Below are positions 14,894 through 24,059 of a stretch of DNA of 53,175 nucleotides, in pieces; position 1 is the first letter of the stretch; the number at the start of each line of letters is the position of its first letter. Origin of the DNA: a virus (Duplodnaviria > Caudoviricetes); the IMG/VR virus record IMGVR_UViG_3300025652_000006, positions 1 through 53,175 of that record. One strand, written 5' to 3'. Below the pieces are notes generated by a model that saw nothing but the letters and a program-made list of their open reading frames with translations, searched no databases and had not been told where the DNA came from. The position numbers and the translations under genes are program-made.

Positions 14894-16491
14894 GCTGCGA
14901 TCATGACTTTCTGAAGTCCCTGCACCCGCAGGGCAAGTGCCCGGTATGCCCAGACGTACCGGTGCATAAGCCCGTGGTGCAAGACATCAGGGCGCGTGCA
15001 CAGGCCGCTAAGATTGAGCTATCCAAGCGATCCCTTTACCACTTTCTGATAAACGGATGGCACGTTCTCGAACCGAACACCCCACTAGAGGGACACTGGC
15101 ACATCAAGACACTGTGCGATCATGTGCAATGGATGTTCGAGCAATGGGGGGGACGCGTACCTCAGGTGACGCAGAACCTTGATGTAAACGTCCCACCAGG
15201 TAGCCTTAAGTCCCGCATCGTGTCGGTGTACGGCCCAGCCTGGGCATGGCTGCCTAGTAACTGGCCTGGCATGTCTTTCCTGTGTCTGTCCTCCACACCG
15301 ACAGTTGCGATCCGTGATGCGGACTACAATAAAGAACTCATAGAGTCCGACTGGTACCGTCAGAGTTTCAATATCCCCTGGCACGTACGCTCTGATGCTG
15401 ACGCTAAGGGGCTGTTCAAAACCACCGCAGGTGGCCTTAGACAGTCGCAGGGGCTCAACGCTAAGATTGTCGGTGTACGTTGTGACTGTCTTCTGTTCGA
15501 CGATCCGAACGATGTTAAGGACATCTCAGACGTTAAACTGCAGCAGGTGGCCAACGGATACCTAGCTGCACGTAACCGCCTTAACGACCTGCGTAAGGGC
15601 TTCAGACTGGTAATCCAGCAGAGGACACACGAGAAGGACCTGTCCGGCAGGCTCCTGGCGTCTGGCGGGTGGGACCACCTGTGTATACCTATGGAGTACT
15701 CTCAGGCAAAGTGTGCGTGCGGTATGGATAAGTGCACCACAAAGCTAGGGACTGATGATCCTCGTACTGTGCCCGGTGAGGTCCTACACCCTGAGCGCAA
15801 CACCCCAGAGGTCCTAGCACAGGAGATGCTTGGCATGGGCAGTCTGGCGTACGCGGGGCAGATGAATCAAAGGCCGGCGCCTGAGGGTGGTGCGATGTTC
15901 AAGCTTGCCGACTGGCGCCACTACGATGAGCTGCCTCGTGACCGGCCCGGCAACCTGCAGACAGGGCAGGGCGTGCTTAGCATTGACTGCACCTTCGGCA
16001 AGGGCAAGCCAGGTGCGCCGCTGCGGGATAGGTGTGCAATGGTAGTTATCTTCCCCAAGGGCAAGGCCACACGCTTTGTAGACTACGCCTTTGCTGAGCG
16101 TATGGGCATCAAGGCGACCATCGCCAAGATCAAAGAGGTCTATGAGATGTACACCGACCCACGCACTGGCGGGCCGATGATCGGCAAGATCCTTATTGAG
16201 AAGGCCGCCAATGGCGAAGCCGTATGCGAGATGCTAGAGGATGAGCTACCGGGCATTAAGCTGATCATCGCCAACACTGACAAGATGTCACGCGCCAATG
16301 CCTGCTTGCCTACGGTCGAGGCGGGGAATATTCGCTTACGCAAGAATGCCCCGTGGGATGAGCAGTTCACTGCTGAACTGGCTGCATTCCCTACCGGGGC
16401 ACATGACGACTATGTCGACGCTTTCACCCAGGCGATCACCGAGATGGCGAGCGACATGGGCGGTAATTTGGCTAACGCTTGCGTGCTTTAG
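14890..16491 (+). CDS. terL: Terminase large subunit
   Basis: NVPPGSLKS (Walker A variant), LLFDDP, QQRTHEKDLSG, SIDCTF, IEKAANG and FPTGAHDDYVDA. Confidence 0.95.
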   Translation: MSCDHDFLKSLHPQGKCPVCPDVPVHKPVVQDIRARAQAAKIELSKRSLYHFLINGWHVLEPNTPLEGHWHIKTLCDHVQWMFEQWGGRVPQVTQNLDVNVPPGSLKSRIVSVYGPAWAWLPSNWPGMSFLCLSSTPTVAIRDADYNKELIESDWYRQSFNIPWHVRSDADAKGLFKTTAGGLRQSQGLNAKIVGVRCDCLLFDDPNDVKDISDVKLQQVANGYLAARNRLNDLRKGFRLVIQQRTHEKDLSGRLLASGGWDHLCIPMEYSQAKCACGMDKCTTKLGTDDPRTVPGEVLHPERNTPEVLAQEMLGMGSLAYAGQMNQRPAPEGGAMFKLADWRHYDELPRDRPGNLQTGQGVLSIDCTFGKGKPGAPLRDRCAMVVIFPKGKATRFVDYAFAERMGIKATIAKIKEVYEMYTDPRTGGPMIGKILIEKAANGEAVCEMLEDELPGIKLIIANTDKMSRANACLPTVEAGNIRLRKNAPWDEQFTAELAAFPTGAHDDYVDAFTQAITEMASDMGGNLANACVL

Positions 16492-16811
16492 AACGGAATC
16501 ATAGAGCAGCCGGGCCCGTGCTTCTGTAACCCTCCGATCTCCATCGGCATAGGAAGCCCGCAGTCACTACATGTGGAGGCAACAGGCACAGGGGCGAACT
16601 CCAAACTGTACGTATCCCCTAGCTTAGGGTGGGACAGAGACAGCATTGTGTCGTGCATAGGGATACCTCTTGGCCAGTCTGTAGCACCTACCTCCAGTTT
16701 TGCCTGAATCTGTACCCTAAATAAAGGCACCCGGCCGTCTCTGAGCCGAACGGACGTGCGATCCTCTCGCGTGGCCATTTGGATCCCAATCACTGTGTAT
16801 GTAATTTTCAT
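16488..16811 (-). CDS. Hypothetical protein
   Basis: Likely start MKITYTV overlapping the upstream stop. Confidence 0.55.
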   Translation of the reverse strand: MKITYTVIGIQMATREDRTSVRLRDGRVPLFRVQIQAKLEVGATDWPRGIPMHDTMLSLSHPKLGDTYSLEFAPVPVASTCSDCGLPMPMEIGGLQKHGPGCSMIPF

Positions 16812-17176
16812 ATCTGATTTACCCTTTCCAATGCCGCAGGTAACGTGCACGGGCGCGCGTACCACTGTGGCTCTTTTCTCTGTAGACACTGTCCTACCAC
16901 ACGATCGTGGTCGATGACAATGCGCATTTCAATCTCGTATCCTTGTGTGCGATAACGCTCCCACGTGGTTTCGATGTGGTGCGGTGTAACGCGGTCTACC
17001 GTCCACCCTAGCAGTGTGAGTCTTTCGACCATGTCGCCTTGCTTGCGCTCGGTGTACGTCTTTGTGACGTTGAAATGGGTGTACGTGCAGGATGCCCACA
17101 GCAGTAGACACGACAGTGCGGCCGCTGCTAGGTTTCTGGTCTCGGCGGTCGACTCGTACCATGTCTTCTTAAGCAT
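16808..17176 (-). CDS. Putative lipoprotein / exported protein
   Basis: Hydrophobic N-region ending LWASC. Confidence 0.55.
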   Translation of the reverse strand: MLKKTWYESTAETRNLAAAALSCLLLWASCTYTHFNVTKTYTERKQGDMVERLTLLGWTVDRVTPHHIETTWERYRTQGYEIEMRIVIDHDRVVGQCLQRKEPQWYARPCTLPAALERVNQI

Positions 17177-17646
17177 TACCAGCCCCTTTCACATGCTATA
17201 CGGTTTGGCTCTTTAAGCACGTCCCAAAATGCGTCATGGTCGTGTGATCCATTGTAGCTGCCGAACAGCTCAAAGTGTAGCGCGTGGCCGAACTCATGCA
17301 CAAGCGCACTGCCGCATGTCTTCTCGGGATCCTTATTGGAGACCGCCACGTAGACCTCCTCTAAAGACCACATACGCCCATAGTTACACTCGCCACGGTA
17401 GATTACCATGGACAGGCCGTTCTTAGGGCAGATCGTATCCGTCCAATAGACCACGGCATCCGTGTGCATGTCCCCTAGGTCGACACCGTAATGGTCTTCA
17501 ACCGCTAACTGAGTAGTAAAAAGTACCTTGCTTTGGTTAAAGACGCCGATGCGGTCTGAGACCACGATCCCCCGCTCCTCTGGTGTCATGACGCCGCCGC
17601 ATGCGGCTAAGAGTACGATAAACAACGCTAGCGTTTGTTTAATCAT
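17176..17646 (-). CDS. Zinc metalloprotease lipoprotein
   Basis: Lipobox LLAAC-GG; HEFGH motif plus downstream H (HDHDAFW), SprT/M48-like zincin. Confidence 0.75.
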   Translation of the reverse strand: MIKQTLALFIVLLAACGGVMTPEERGIVVSDRIGVFNQSKVLFTTQLAVEDHYGVDLGDMHTDAVVYWTDTICPKNGLSMVIYRGECNYGRMWSLEEVYVAVSNKDPEKTCGSALVHEFGHALHFELFGSYNGSHDHDAFWDVLKEPNRIACERGW

Positions 17647-18278
17647 AGAGGCACCTCACAGATTCCCCCTAGGAATTCAATGGCGTCTTCCGGTATCTCG
17701 TCAGGATGATCCCCGAAGGCACACCTAGACACGAAGTCAGTCAGTCGCTCAATCTCCGCATCCTTCTCGGCCAACTTGGCGTCCCGCTGCCTCTCCGTGT
17801 ACGTTAGTGCTGCCAATAATAGGGCTGCACCGTCGCCTGAAAGTTCCTCCTTCACGACTTGGACACCATCGCGTGCAACCATCGCGATTGCAGTGCTCAA
17901 TGCGGATCCACTGGCGTCAATGCCTACCATGACAGTCTGCGAGTCTTGTAGCCGTTCAATCTCCGCCGCCTGTTGGCGTATCGTCTCGTCCTGGCTCGCT
18001 GCCCATGCCTCTCGTGCGTCGACCTCTGATGCGAGTTGAGCAACCTCCTCCACCAGCGCAATCACTGTCTTCGGGTCGGCTGAGGCGATATGTGCGGCAT
18101 CGGCCATAGCGTTCTCATCCATATATGCGCCTGATAAATAGTGCTCTGCACCATCCTTCGTGCGCACCCACACAGATTCACCACCATCGTACGGAACGAA
18201 CCAGGTGCCCTGGGTAGCCGCCTTCGCCTTCGCGAGCACGTCTGCGCGTTTTTCCGGTGTTAGTTTCATCGTGTCCAT
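17643..18278 (-). CDS. Ead/Ea22-like protein
   Basis: AKAATQGTW...DAAHIASADPKTVIALVEEV motif followed by coiled coil. Confidence 0.7.
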   Translation of the reverse strand: MDTMKLTPEKRADVLAKAKAATQGTWFVPYDGGESVWVRTKDGAEHYLSGAYMDENAMADAAHIASADPKTVIALVEEVAQLASEVDAREAWAASQDETIRQQAAEIERLQDSQTVMVGIDASGSALSTAIAMVARDGVQVVKEELSGDGAALLLAALTYTERQRDAKLAEKDAEIERLTDFVSRCAFGDHPDEIPEDAIEFLGGICEVPL

Positions 18279-18835
18279 CCTCTCAAAAAGTGCTCAGGGT
18301 CGATGGCCTGGCGCGCTCGGTTCCATCGTCCACCTTTTAGGCGTTTATCGGTGTCCCATATTTCAAAATGCAAGTGATTAACACCCTGTCGACCGGCTTT
18401 AGGTGCGTGGGACACTAGCCCAAGGAAGTCCCCCTCTAAGAGCGTCTCACCGAGAGATACCTCTACGTCTTTAAGGTGCCTGTACACGCTCATGTAACGC
18501 CCGTGAGACAGGTAGACCGCTGTACCGTTGCCATCTGTCACAACACGTACCACGGTGCCTGCAGAGCACGCCACAGCCAGCACATTACTAGGGCAGTAAA
18601 AGTGCCGAGTGTAGACCGGCTTATCAAAAGCACCCGACTTAGGGCGGCGGTACATCAGATCAACACCATAGTGTCCTTTGCCGTTGCGCTTTGCCCTTGG
18701 CCCCTTGCGCTCAAAACCATCAGTCACCACAGGGTGGATACCCGGCAGGCAAAGTGGCATGGTGCCCTCTTTAAGGTAATTAGGCTCAGGGCAAGGCTTG
18801 ACGCCAAGCAATGCCTGTAGTAGTTGATTCCACAT
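18266..18835 (-). CDS. M23-family peptidase, probable endolysin
   Basis: HYGVD (HxxxD), SVYRHL and HLHFEI motifs. Confidence 0.88.
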   Translation of the reverse strand: MWNQLLQALLGVKPCPEPNYLKEGTMPLCLPGIHPVVTDGFERKGPRAKRNGKGHYGVDLMYRRPKSGAFDKPVYTRHFYCPSNVLAVACSAGTVVRVVTDGNGTAVYLSHGRYMSVYRHLKDVEVSLGETLLEGDFLGLVSHAPKAGRQGVNHLHFEIWDTDKRLKGGRWNRARQAIDPEHFLRGWTR

Positions 18836-18996
18836 TATGACTGCTCCGCATACACGAGTGCGATCACCAGTGCGACGATCTGCCGGCTTGGTATACCGTG
18901 CGAGTCCGCTAGTGCCTGCATGGCACTCTTGTCTCGATAGGCCTCGCCTACCTTGGTAAGTATGCAGTGCACCTTCTGCTGTTTCTGGTCTGTCAT
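18835..18996 (-). CDS. Small hypothetical protein (53 aa)
   Basis: Manual translation MTDQKQQKVHCILTKVGEAY...; GAGGAG ribosome-binding site and TAATG overlap. Confidence 0.55.
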   Translation of the reverse strand: MTDQKQQKVHCILTKVGEAYRDKSAMQALADSHGIPSRQIVALVIALVYAEQS

Positions 18997-19314
18997 AGTA
19001 TCTCCTCGATCATTTTTGCGATTTTCTCCCGTGCATTAAATACACGCACCTTGCGTATACCACGCTGCTCGGGGTTTAGGTTTTTAGGCGTGTACTTGTA
19101 CGCCTGATTTAGTGCCTCGTGGATTGTCATCAGATCTTTGATATCTAAAGACACGTGATCACCTTCTGCCCCAGGTACCTGTCAAAGAACATCCCGAGGA
19201 TCTCTGTACGTACCTTATCGCGGTACCGTCGTGATGTCCACCAGGACCAAGCTACACGTACGTTTACGGTGCCGTCTGTCTCGGTCAGGTTCAGTGATCG
19301 TATCCCGATTCGAT

Positions 19315-19641
19315 TCATAGGTTCTCCTCAATGTAGTCGGCGATTTCTGAGAATGAGGTGCCTAGGTCATTCATACGCATTAGGTCAGATGCGTATCCAC
19401 TGCCGACGCCCGTCTTTGCAAGGTACCCACCGGCCAGCACTGCACTATTTTCTTGAAAGGTGCACCGCTGTGACGTTGCCCTAAAATCCCATGCGTCTTC
19501 CCCTTCGACCTCCTCAACAAGTACACCCAGACAGCAGTACTTGGCCCCGTCAGGTGTCAATCGACACAATGCCCCATCGCCTTGTGTGTAGTCTCCACTA
19601 CGTAGTGCAGCGACCCATTTCTTTTTGATTTCTTGATTCAT
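19315..19641 (-). CDS. Conserved phage hypothetical protein
   Basis: KWVAALRSGDYTQG...YCCLGV...MNDLGTSFSEIADYIE, a pattern common in phages. Confidence 0.8.
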   Translation of the reverse strand: MNQEIKKKWVAALRSGDYTQGDGALCRLTPDGAKYCCLGVLVEEVEGEDAWDFRATSQRCTFQENSAVLAGGYLAKTGVGSGYASDLMRMNDLGTSFSEIADYIEENL

Positions 19642-19796
19642 AGTAATCTCTCCTTTGTTTCTGCGATGTAGTCCACCGCTTGCTCATGTGTTGGGAATGT
19701 ACACTCAATGTACCCCTGATAGTCAAGCTCTATTCGTGCTTTGTACCCGTACGCGGTGCGGGTGATGGTGCTATCTCCTGGCTCTTCCTGGTTCAT
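19638..19796 (-). CDS. Small hypothetical protein (52 aa)
   Basis: Manual translation MNQEEPGDSTITRTAYGYKARIE...; AAGGAG ribosome-binding site and ATGA overlap. Confidence 0.6.
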   Translation of the reverse strand: MNQEEPGDSTITRTAYGYKARIELDYQGYIECTFPTHEQAVDYIAETKERLL

Positions 19797-19808
19797 ATTC
19801 TCTCCTTT

Positions 19809-19824
19809 TGCACGGTGTGTGCCA
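19809..19824 (-). promoter_or_regulatory. Sigma-54-type -24/-12 promoter
   Basis: TGGCAC-ACACC-GTGCA (GG-N10-GC), 12 nt before ATG 19796, the same spacing as the two other copies. Confidence 0.55.
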
Positions 19825-19897
19825 GCGTATGAGGTAAAGTAAAACTTTAGGTGTGGCGTATAAGTGCCTGTATTTGTTTCTCAGTACAGGACCTGCA

Positions 19898-20374
19898 CTA
19901 TAGTGCATGAGACAAGATGGCGCACCTGTCGTTTATTTGGTCGATCGTAGGCAGGTGCCCACAGTAAGAGTCACCAGGGCGTACCTGACTGTATCTGAAG
20001 TCCTTAGGCCAGGTAAACAGCACACGCTCTTCTGAGTCGACGAGAACCACAGTGGCTACGTTCCACACAGAAGCACCGGTATTCTCGAATGTGACCGACT
20101 CTGTACTGGGAGTGACTTTTTTTACAGCATAGAGCGCCCCATCCGCATCACGTAATTCTACGTAGTACGGACCTTGATCTAGGTAGGAGGTACGCTCTCC
20201 AGGATAGAGGATGCCTTCCTGTATGCCTGTGCCCTTGCACGTCGGACAAGGTGCAGCCGCTGCCTTGTCGATAAGCGCCCGCACAGCCTCTGCCATGGTG
20301 CCACCTTGCTTCTGCAGGTAGCGCCGCTGGGCATCGGTGAAACGTACCTGCTGCACGTGCACTAGTTTACTCAT
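19898..20374 (-). CDS. Putative ribbon-helix-helix DNA-binding protein with a CxxCxGxG motif
   Basis: QVRFTDAQRRYL...TMAEAVRALID followed by CPTCKGTG. Confidence 0.6.
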   Translation of the reverse strand: MSKLVHVQQVRFTDAQRRYLQKQGGTMAEAVRALIDKAAAAPCPTCKGTGIQEGILYPGERTSYLDQGPYYVELRDADGALYAVKKVTPSTESVTFENTGASVWNVATVVLVDSEERVLFTWPKDFRYSQVRPGDSYCGHLPTIDQINDRCAILSHAL

Positions 20375-20624
20375 GATTAAGATCCTCAAGTTCGATCCTG
20401 TAGACAGGCTCTGGGGATTCGAAAAGTTCATCCATACGATCTGTCCAGCTACGATGACAGACCACGACTGCCTGATCACATTCTAGGTATGTCGACCAAA
20501 GTACAGGCGCATGGCCACCGGCCCACGCCGCATGCGCTGCCACAAACTCGTCCGCTGCTGCCTTGAGAGAGGACGACGCGTCATTGAGCCTATGTCTGGC
20601 TGTTTCGGACTTATCACTACGCAT
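20367..20624 (-). CDS. Hypothetical protein
   Basis: 85-aa coupled ORF. Confidence 0.55.
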   Translation of the reverse strand: MRSDKSETARHRLNDASSSLKAAADEFVAAHAAWAGGHAPVLWSTYLECDQAVVVCHRSWTDRMDELFESPEPVYRIELEDLNHE

Positions 20625-20802
20625 GATCGTACCCGGCTAGCAAGGCTGCCTCGGCATGCTCAAAGGATCGGGCAAATTGGCGTTTTGCGCCTGTGGCTTT
20701 TGACCACCAGGACCGATCGGCCAGATTGATAGCGCCCACCTTGTCACCGTCTAGAAAGTACTCGATGACACCAGGGTTTTGCGCGTGTTGTTTTTTCTCC
20801 AT
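20617..20802 (-). CDS. Hypothetical protein
   Basis: First gene of the leftward island, starting MEKKQH. Confidence 0.55.
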   Translation of the reverse strand: MEKKQHAQNPGVIEYFLDGDKVGAINLADRSWWSKATGAKRQFARSFEHAEAALLAGYDHA

Positions 20803-20878
20803 ACCCTTTTGTAGCCTACACAATCTGTGGTGTCTATAGGTTTCTTATTTTATTTTGATAGAAGGATGTTTTTCCCAA

Positions 20879-20978
20879 AATAAAACTATAAGCTCAGAGG
20901 ACCTTGTCGGCCTACCCGCCGGGTTCCCCCTTGGGGGGCCACCCTAGGAGGGGCCTAGACCGATCCGAAGTGAGCTTA
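20879..20978 (-). ncRNA. Structured small RNA, family copy 2
   Basis: TATAAT (20988-20993, minus strand), then the TAAGCTCA...TGAGCTTA hairpin, then TAGTTTTATTTT. Confidence 0.7.
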
Positions 20979-21006
20979 ACCATTTGTATTATAGGTCTTT
21001 TCGTCC

Positions 21007-21035
21007 TTGTAGGTCCTCTCTAGGCGGGTTATTCT
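21007..21035 (+). promoter_or_regulatory. Sigma-70-type leaderless promoter
   Basis: TTGTAG-17 nt-TATTCT-6 nt-GTG(21042). Confidence 0.55.
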
Positions 21036-21041
21036 CCACGT

Positions 21042-21413
21042 GTGACCGATGAGAAAAAGAAGGAAAGAGCGCGCAAGAGTCGGATCTGGCATCACCAAAA
21101 TAGGGACAGGGCGCTAGCCAGACAGAAAAAGTACAGGGATGAGAACCCTGACAAGGTCAGAGCGACTCAGCGCAAATCTCGATATGGCGTCACCCAGGAG
21201 CAGTATGACAACCTCTTGATTGAGCAAGCGTACTGCTGTGCCATATGTGTCCTGCCACCTAGAAAAGGCAGGCCACTATCGGTAGATCATTGCCACACAA
21301 CGGGCAAGATTCGAGGGCTCCTATGTAACAAGTGCAACCTTACGCTAGGAAGGTTCGGGGACGACTTAGCAGGAATTATGAGGGTCGCAGCCTATCTTAA
21401 AGGCGAACTCTGA
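21042..21413 (+). CDS. Endonuclease VII-family HNH nuclease
   Basis: CAIC...LSVDHCHTTGKIRGLLCNKCN with a basic N-terminal helix. Confidence 0.9.
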   Translation: MTDEKKKERARKSRIWHHQNRDRALARQKKYRDENPDKVRATQRKSRYGVTQEQYDNLLIEQAYCCAICVLPPRKGRPLSVDHCHTTGKIRGLLCNKCNLTLGRFGDDLAGIMRVAAYLKGEL

Positions 21414-21476
21414 TAGCCTCTACAGTATAGGTTCACTTTTCCGCGATTAGCTTATTTCCCGTGCTATATTAGGTTA

Positions 21477-23018
21477 ATGGCAAAACCTAAAGGGAATCCG
21501 AACATGGTAAAGGGGCGACCATCGATTAACCCTAAAGGCAGAGGCGGCCTCAAGGCACGCATCGATAGCGGTGCATTAGTACATGCTGACGGATGGCGCA
21601 ACCTGATCTCTGGCGTCAATGTGGCCGCCTATGATAAGCGCATGGCCTCGCACCCTGTCTGTGCTGACGTATCCTATGAAGACGCACAGGCGATCTGGCG
21701 TGGCGATGATGTAGGCGGGCGGGCAGTAGAAATCCCAGCTGAGGACATGATCCGCCAGGGGTTCGATTTCATCGCCGATGCCAAAGACGATGAGAGTCTA
21801 GATACCTCAGAGATCCAAGAGCAAGTCGAGAAGGCTTGGAAGGACCTGGGCGTGTTCCCGATCTTCAAAGAGGCTCTCATGAAGCGGGATGCATACGGCG
21901 GGTGTGCGGTGCTAGTCGGCGCCAAGGATAGCCAGGCAGATCTGACAATCCCCCTCAAGATAAAGAACGTGCGAGAGATCTCCTTTATGAACGTCTTTGA
22001 CAAGACGGAAATCATGCCAGAGTATTATTACGGCAATCCTAGAGAGGCCAATTACGGCAAGCCTGCAGTCTTTCAGATCGTGCCACGGGGCACCGGCCAG
22101 ACAGAGGACGGCGTGGTACACCATGAGATCATCCTGATCCACGAGTCCCGCCTTCTCGTTTTCAATGGCCGCCAGGTAGCAAGCCAGATCTCAGGTGACG
22201 GGTGGGGCGATAGCATCTTTGTACAGATGCACGATGTACTAAGGGATTTCAATGCGTCATGGGACGGCACAGGTAGTCTTGTTCAGGAGTTTGGCCAAGC
22301 GACGATTAAGCTCAAGGGCCTAAATGCCCTGCTGTGCACTGCCGATGGTGAGACACAACTAGCCTCACGCCTGCAGGCCATGCAGCTAGCCAAGAGCACA
22401 CTCAAAGCGACGGTACTAGACTCAGAGGATGAGTGGCTAAGACAGTCAGATAGCCTCTCAGGTCTGTCTGAGATCCTCCGGCAATACATGGGACGCATGT
22501 CAAGCGCATGTCGTGGCATCCCGATCACAAAACTTTTTGGCGTCGCACCCTCAGGGTTGAACGCATCGGGGGATAGTGATATCGCTCAATGGGATGATCG
22601 TGTCAAGTCAATGCAGGTGGACGGGGTTCTGCCGAACCTAGAGAAGCTCACACGCATTATTCTCTCAGCGAATAGCATCAAGTGTAAAGAGTGGTCGATT
22701 GTACCACGTCCGCTTAGGCAGCAGACCGACAAGGAGAAGGCCGAGACGCGCAAGATCGTAGCTGAGACGGATGCTATCTATGCGGGTATCGGGGCACTTT
22801 CAGCCGATGAGATCGCCGAGTCAAGATTTTCAGGTGATGTCTATTCTATGGAGACTGTGGTAGACTTTGAAGACAGGTCAGCACTAGAGGCAGAAATGCA
22901 GGCAGAGCAGGACCTCCTAATGAAGCAAGCCGAAACCCCTAACCCAAACCAGGCGCCGGCACCTGCCGAGGGCGAGAGTGCCGAACCTGGGGCCGAAAAG
23001 GCCAAGGAGCAGAAATAG
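21477..23018 (+). CDS. Portal protein (DUF1073 type)
   Basis: DGWRNL, IHESRLL, GWGDS and IPITKLFGVAPSGLNASGDSD; precedes the gpF-like gene. Confidence 0.92.
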   Translation: MAKPKGNPNMVKGRPSINPKGRGGLKARIDSGALVHADGWRNLISGVNVAAYDKRMASHPVCADVSYEDAQAIWRGDDVGGRAVEIPAEDMIRQGFDFIADAKDDESLDTSEIQEQVEKAWKDLGVFPIFKEALMKRDAYGGCAVLVGAKDSQADLTIPLKIKNVREISFMNVFDKTEIMPEYYYGNPREANYGKPAVFQIVPRGTGQTEDGVVHHEIILIHESRLLVFNGRQVASQISGDGWGDSIFVQMHDVLRDFNASWDGTGSLVQEFGQATIKLKGLNALLCTADGETQLASRLQAMQLAKSTLKATVLDSEDEWLRQSDSLSGLSEILRQYMGRMSSACRGIPITKLFGVAPSGLNASGDSDIAQWDDRVKSMQVDGVLPNLEKLTRIILSANSIKCKEWSIVPRPLRQQTDKEKAETRKIVAETDAIYAGIGALSADEIAESRFSGDVYSMETVVDFEDRSALEAEMQAEQDLLMKQAETPNPNQAPAPAEGESAEPGAEKAKEQK

Positions 23019-23019
23019 T

Positions 23020-23202
23020 ATGAGCCACCCTGTAAAACCATCAGCGGCAGAGGCAGAGTGCCTGGCTGATTTTCTTAGCGGCCCACAAAGACGTACGGTA
23101 CAGCGCAGGGAGCCTGGCCCGTACGACCCATGCCGGTGCGGCAAACTCATATGGTACTGTGATGAAACGGGCTGCGATCTCGCCACCAAGGAGCAGAAAT
23201 AG
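23020..23202 (+). CDS. Small Cys-containing hypothetical protein flanked by a 17-bp direct repeat
   Basis: 60 aa; ends in the same CCAAGGAGCAGAAATAG as the portal gene. Confidence 0.5.
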   Translation: MSHPVKPSAAEAECLADFLSGPQRRTVQRREPGPYDPCRCGKLIWYCDETGCDLATKEQK

Positions 23203-23270
23203 ACATATGACATGCACACACACGATCCAAGGCGTATGCGAGAAATGTATTATTTTTGTCACAAGGGCAT

Positions 23271-24056
23271 ATGCCAAGAAAACTACCTAAGCAGCACAGG
23301 CCAGCCGGGATCGAGCGTGACTATGCCAGAGAGTTGCGCAAGATCGCCAAGCGTGTCGACAAAGAGCTTGCGCCTTTAAAGCGTGAGCTGCCTGCCCTTA
23401 TCGAGCAAGCCAATACTGAGCGCAAGCGTGAGAGCGGTAATGTCTTCGACGCTGGCGAGTCTAGGCGTGTGCGTATTCTGCTAGAGCAGGCTGGCGAGCG
23501 CATACAGATCAAGACAGCTGCCCTAGAGGCACTCGCTCGTAAGTTTGCCGTACGCATACAGACGCACCAGCGTATTCAAATGAGCCGGCAAGTTAAAGCG
23601 GTGCTTGGGGTCGATCTGTCCTCTAACATCCCGCTACGGGCCTCTATGGAAGCCTTCGTAGCTGAAAACGTATCCTTGATCAAGGATGTACCGGCTAAGG
23701 TGCTAAGGGATATCCAGGGTATCGTCGATCGTGGCATCTCAGCAGGCGCACTACACAAAGATATCGCCAAAGAGATCCAGTCCGCTACTAGGCTAGGCGT
23801 ACAACGCTCTGCGGGTATCGCACGGGATCAGGTCGGTAAGTACTACGGCCAGGTACAGGCAACTCGACACAAGGCGATCGGCGTTAAGCGCTTTACCTGG
23901 AATTCTGTAGAGGATGAGCGCGTACGAAGTGAACACCAGAGCCTTAACGGTGAGACGTTTAGCTATGACAAGCTCCCTTCTGAGGGCCTGCCCGGTGAGC
24001 CGATCATGTGCCGCTGCTACGCAGATCCTGTGCTAGAGGACCTGCTAGACGGCTAG
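23271..24056 (+). CDS. Head morphogenesis protein (Mu gpF / SPP1 gp7 family)
   Basis: IARDQVGK, W...DERVRSEH and PGEPIMCRC. Confidence 0.92.
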   Translation: MPRKLPKQHRPAGIERDYARELRKIAKRVDKELAPLKRELPALIEQANTERKRESGNVFDAGESRRVRILLEQAGERIQIKTAALEALARKFAVRIQTHQRIQMSRQVKAVLGVDLSSNIPLRASMEAFVAENVSLIKDVPAKVLRDIQGIVDRGISAGALHKDIAKEIQSATRLGVQRSAGIARDQVGKYYGQVQATRHKAIGVKRFTWNSVEDERVRSEHQSLNGETFSYDKLPSEGLPGEPIMCRCYADPVLEDLLDG

Positions 24057-24059
24057 CGC

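Noticed and set aside
21042-21413. HNH gene as part of a self-splicing intron
   Set aside because: It is free-standing with its own promoter and interrupts no gene.
21477-23018. Anti-CBASS Acb1 label sometimes attached to DUF1073 proteins
   Set aside because: Size, motifs and position indicate a portal; no 2H-phosphoesterase HxT pair is evident.
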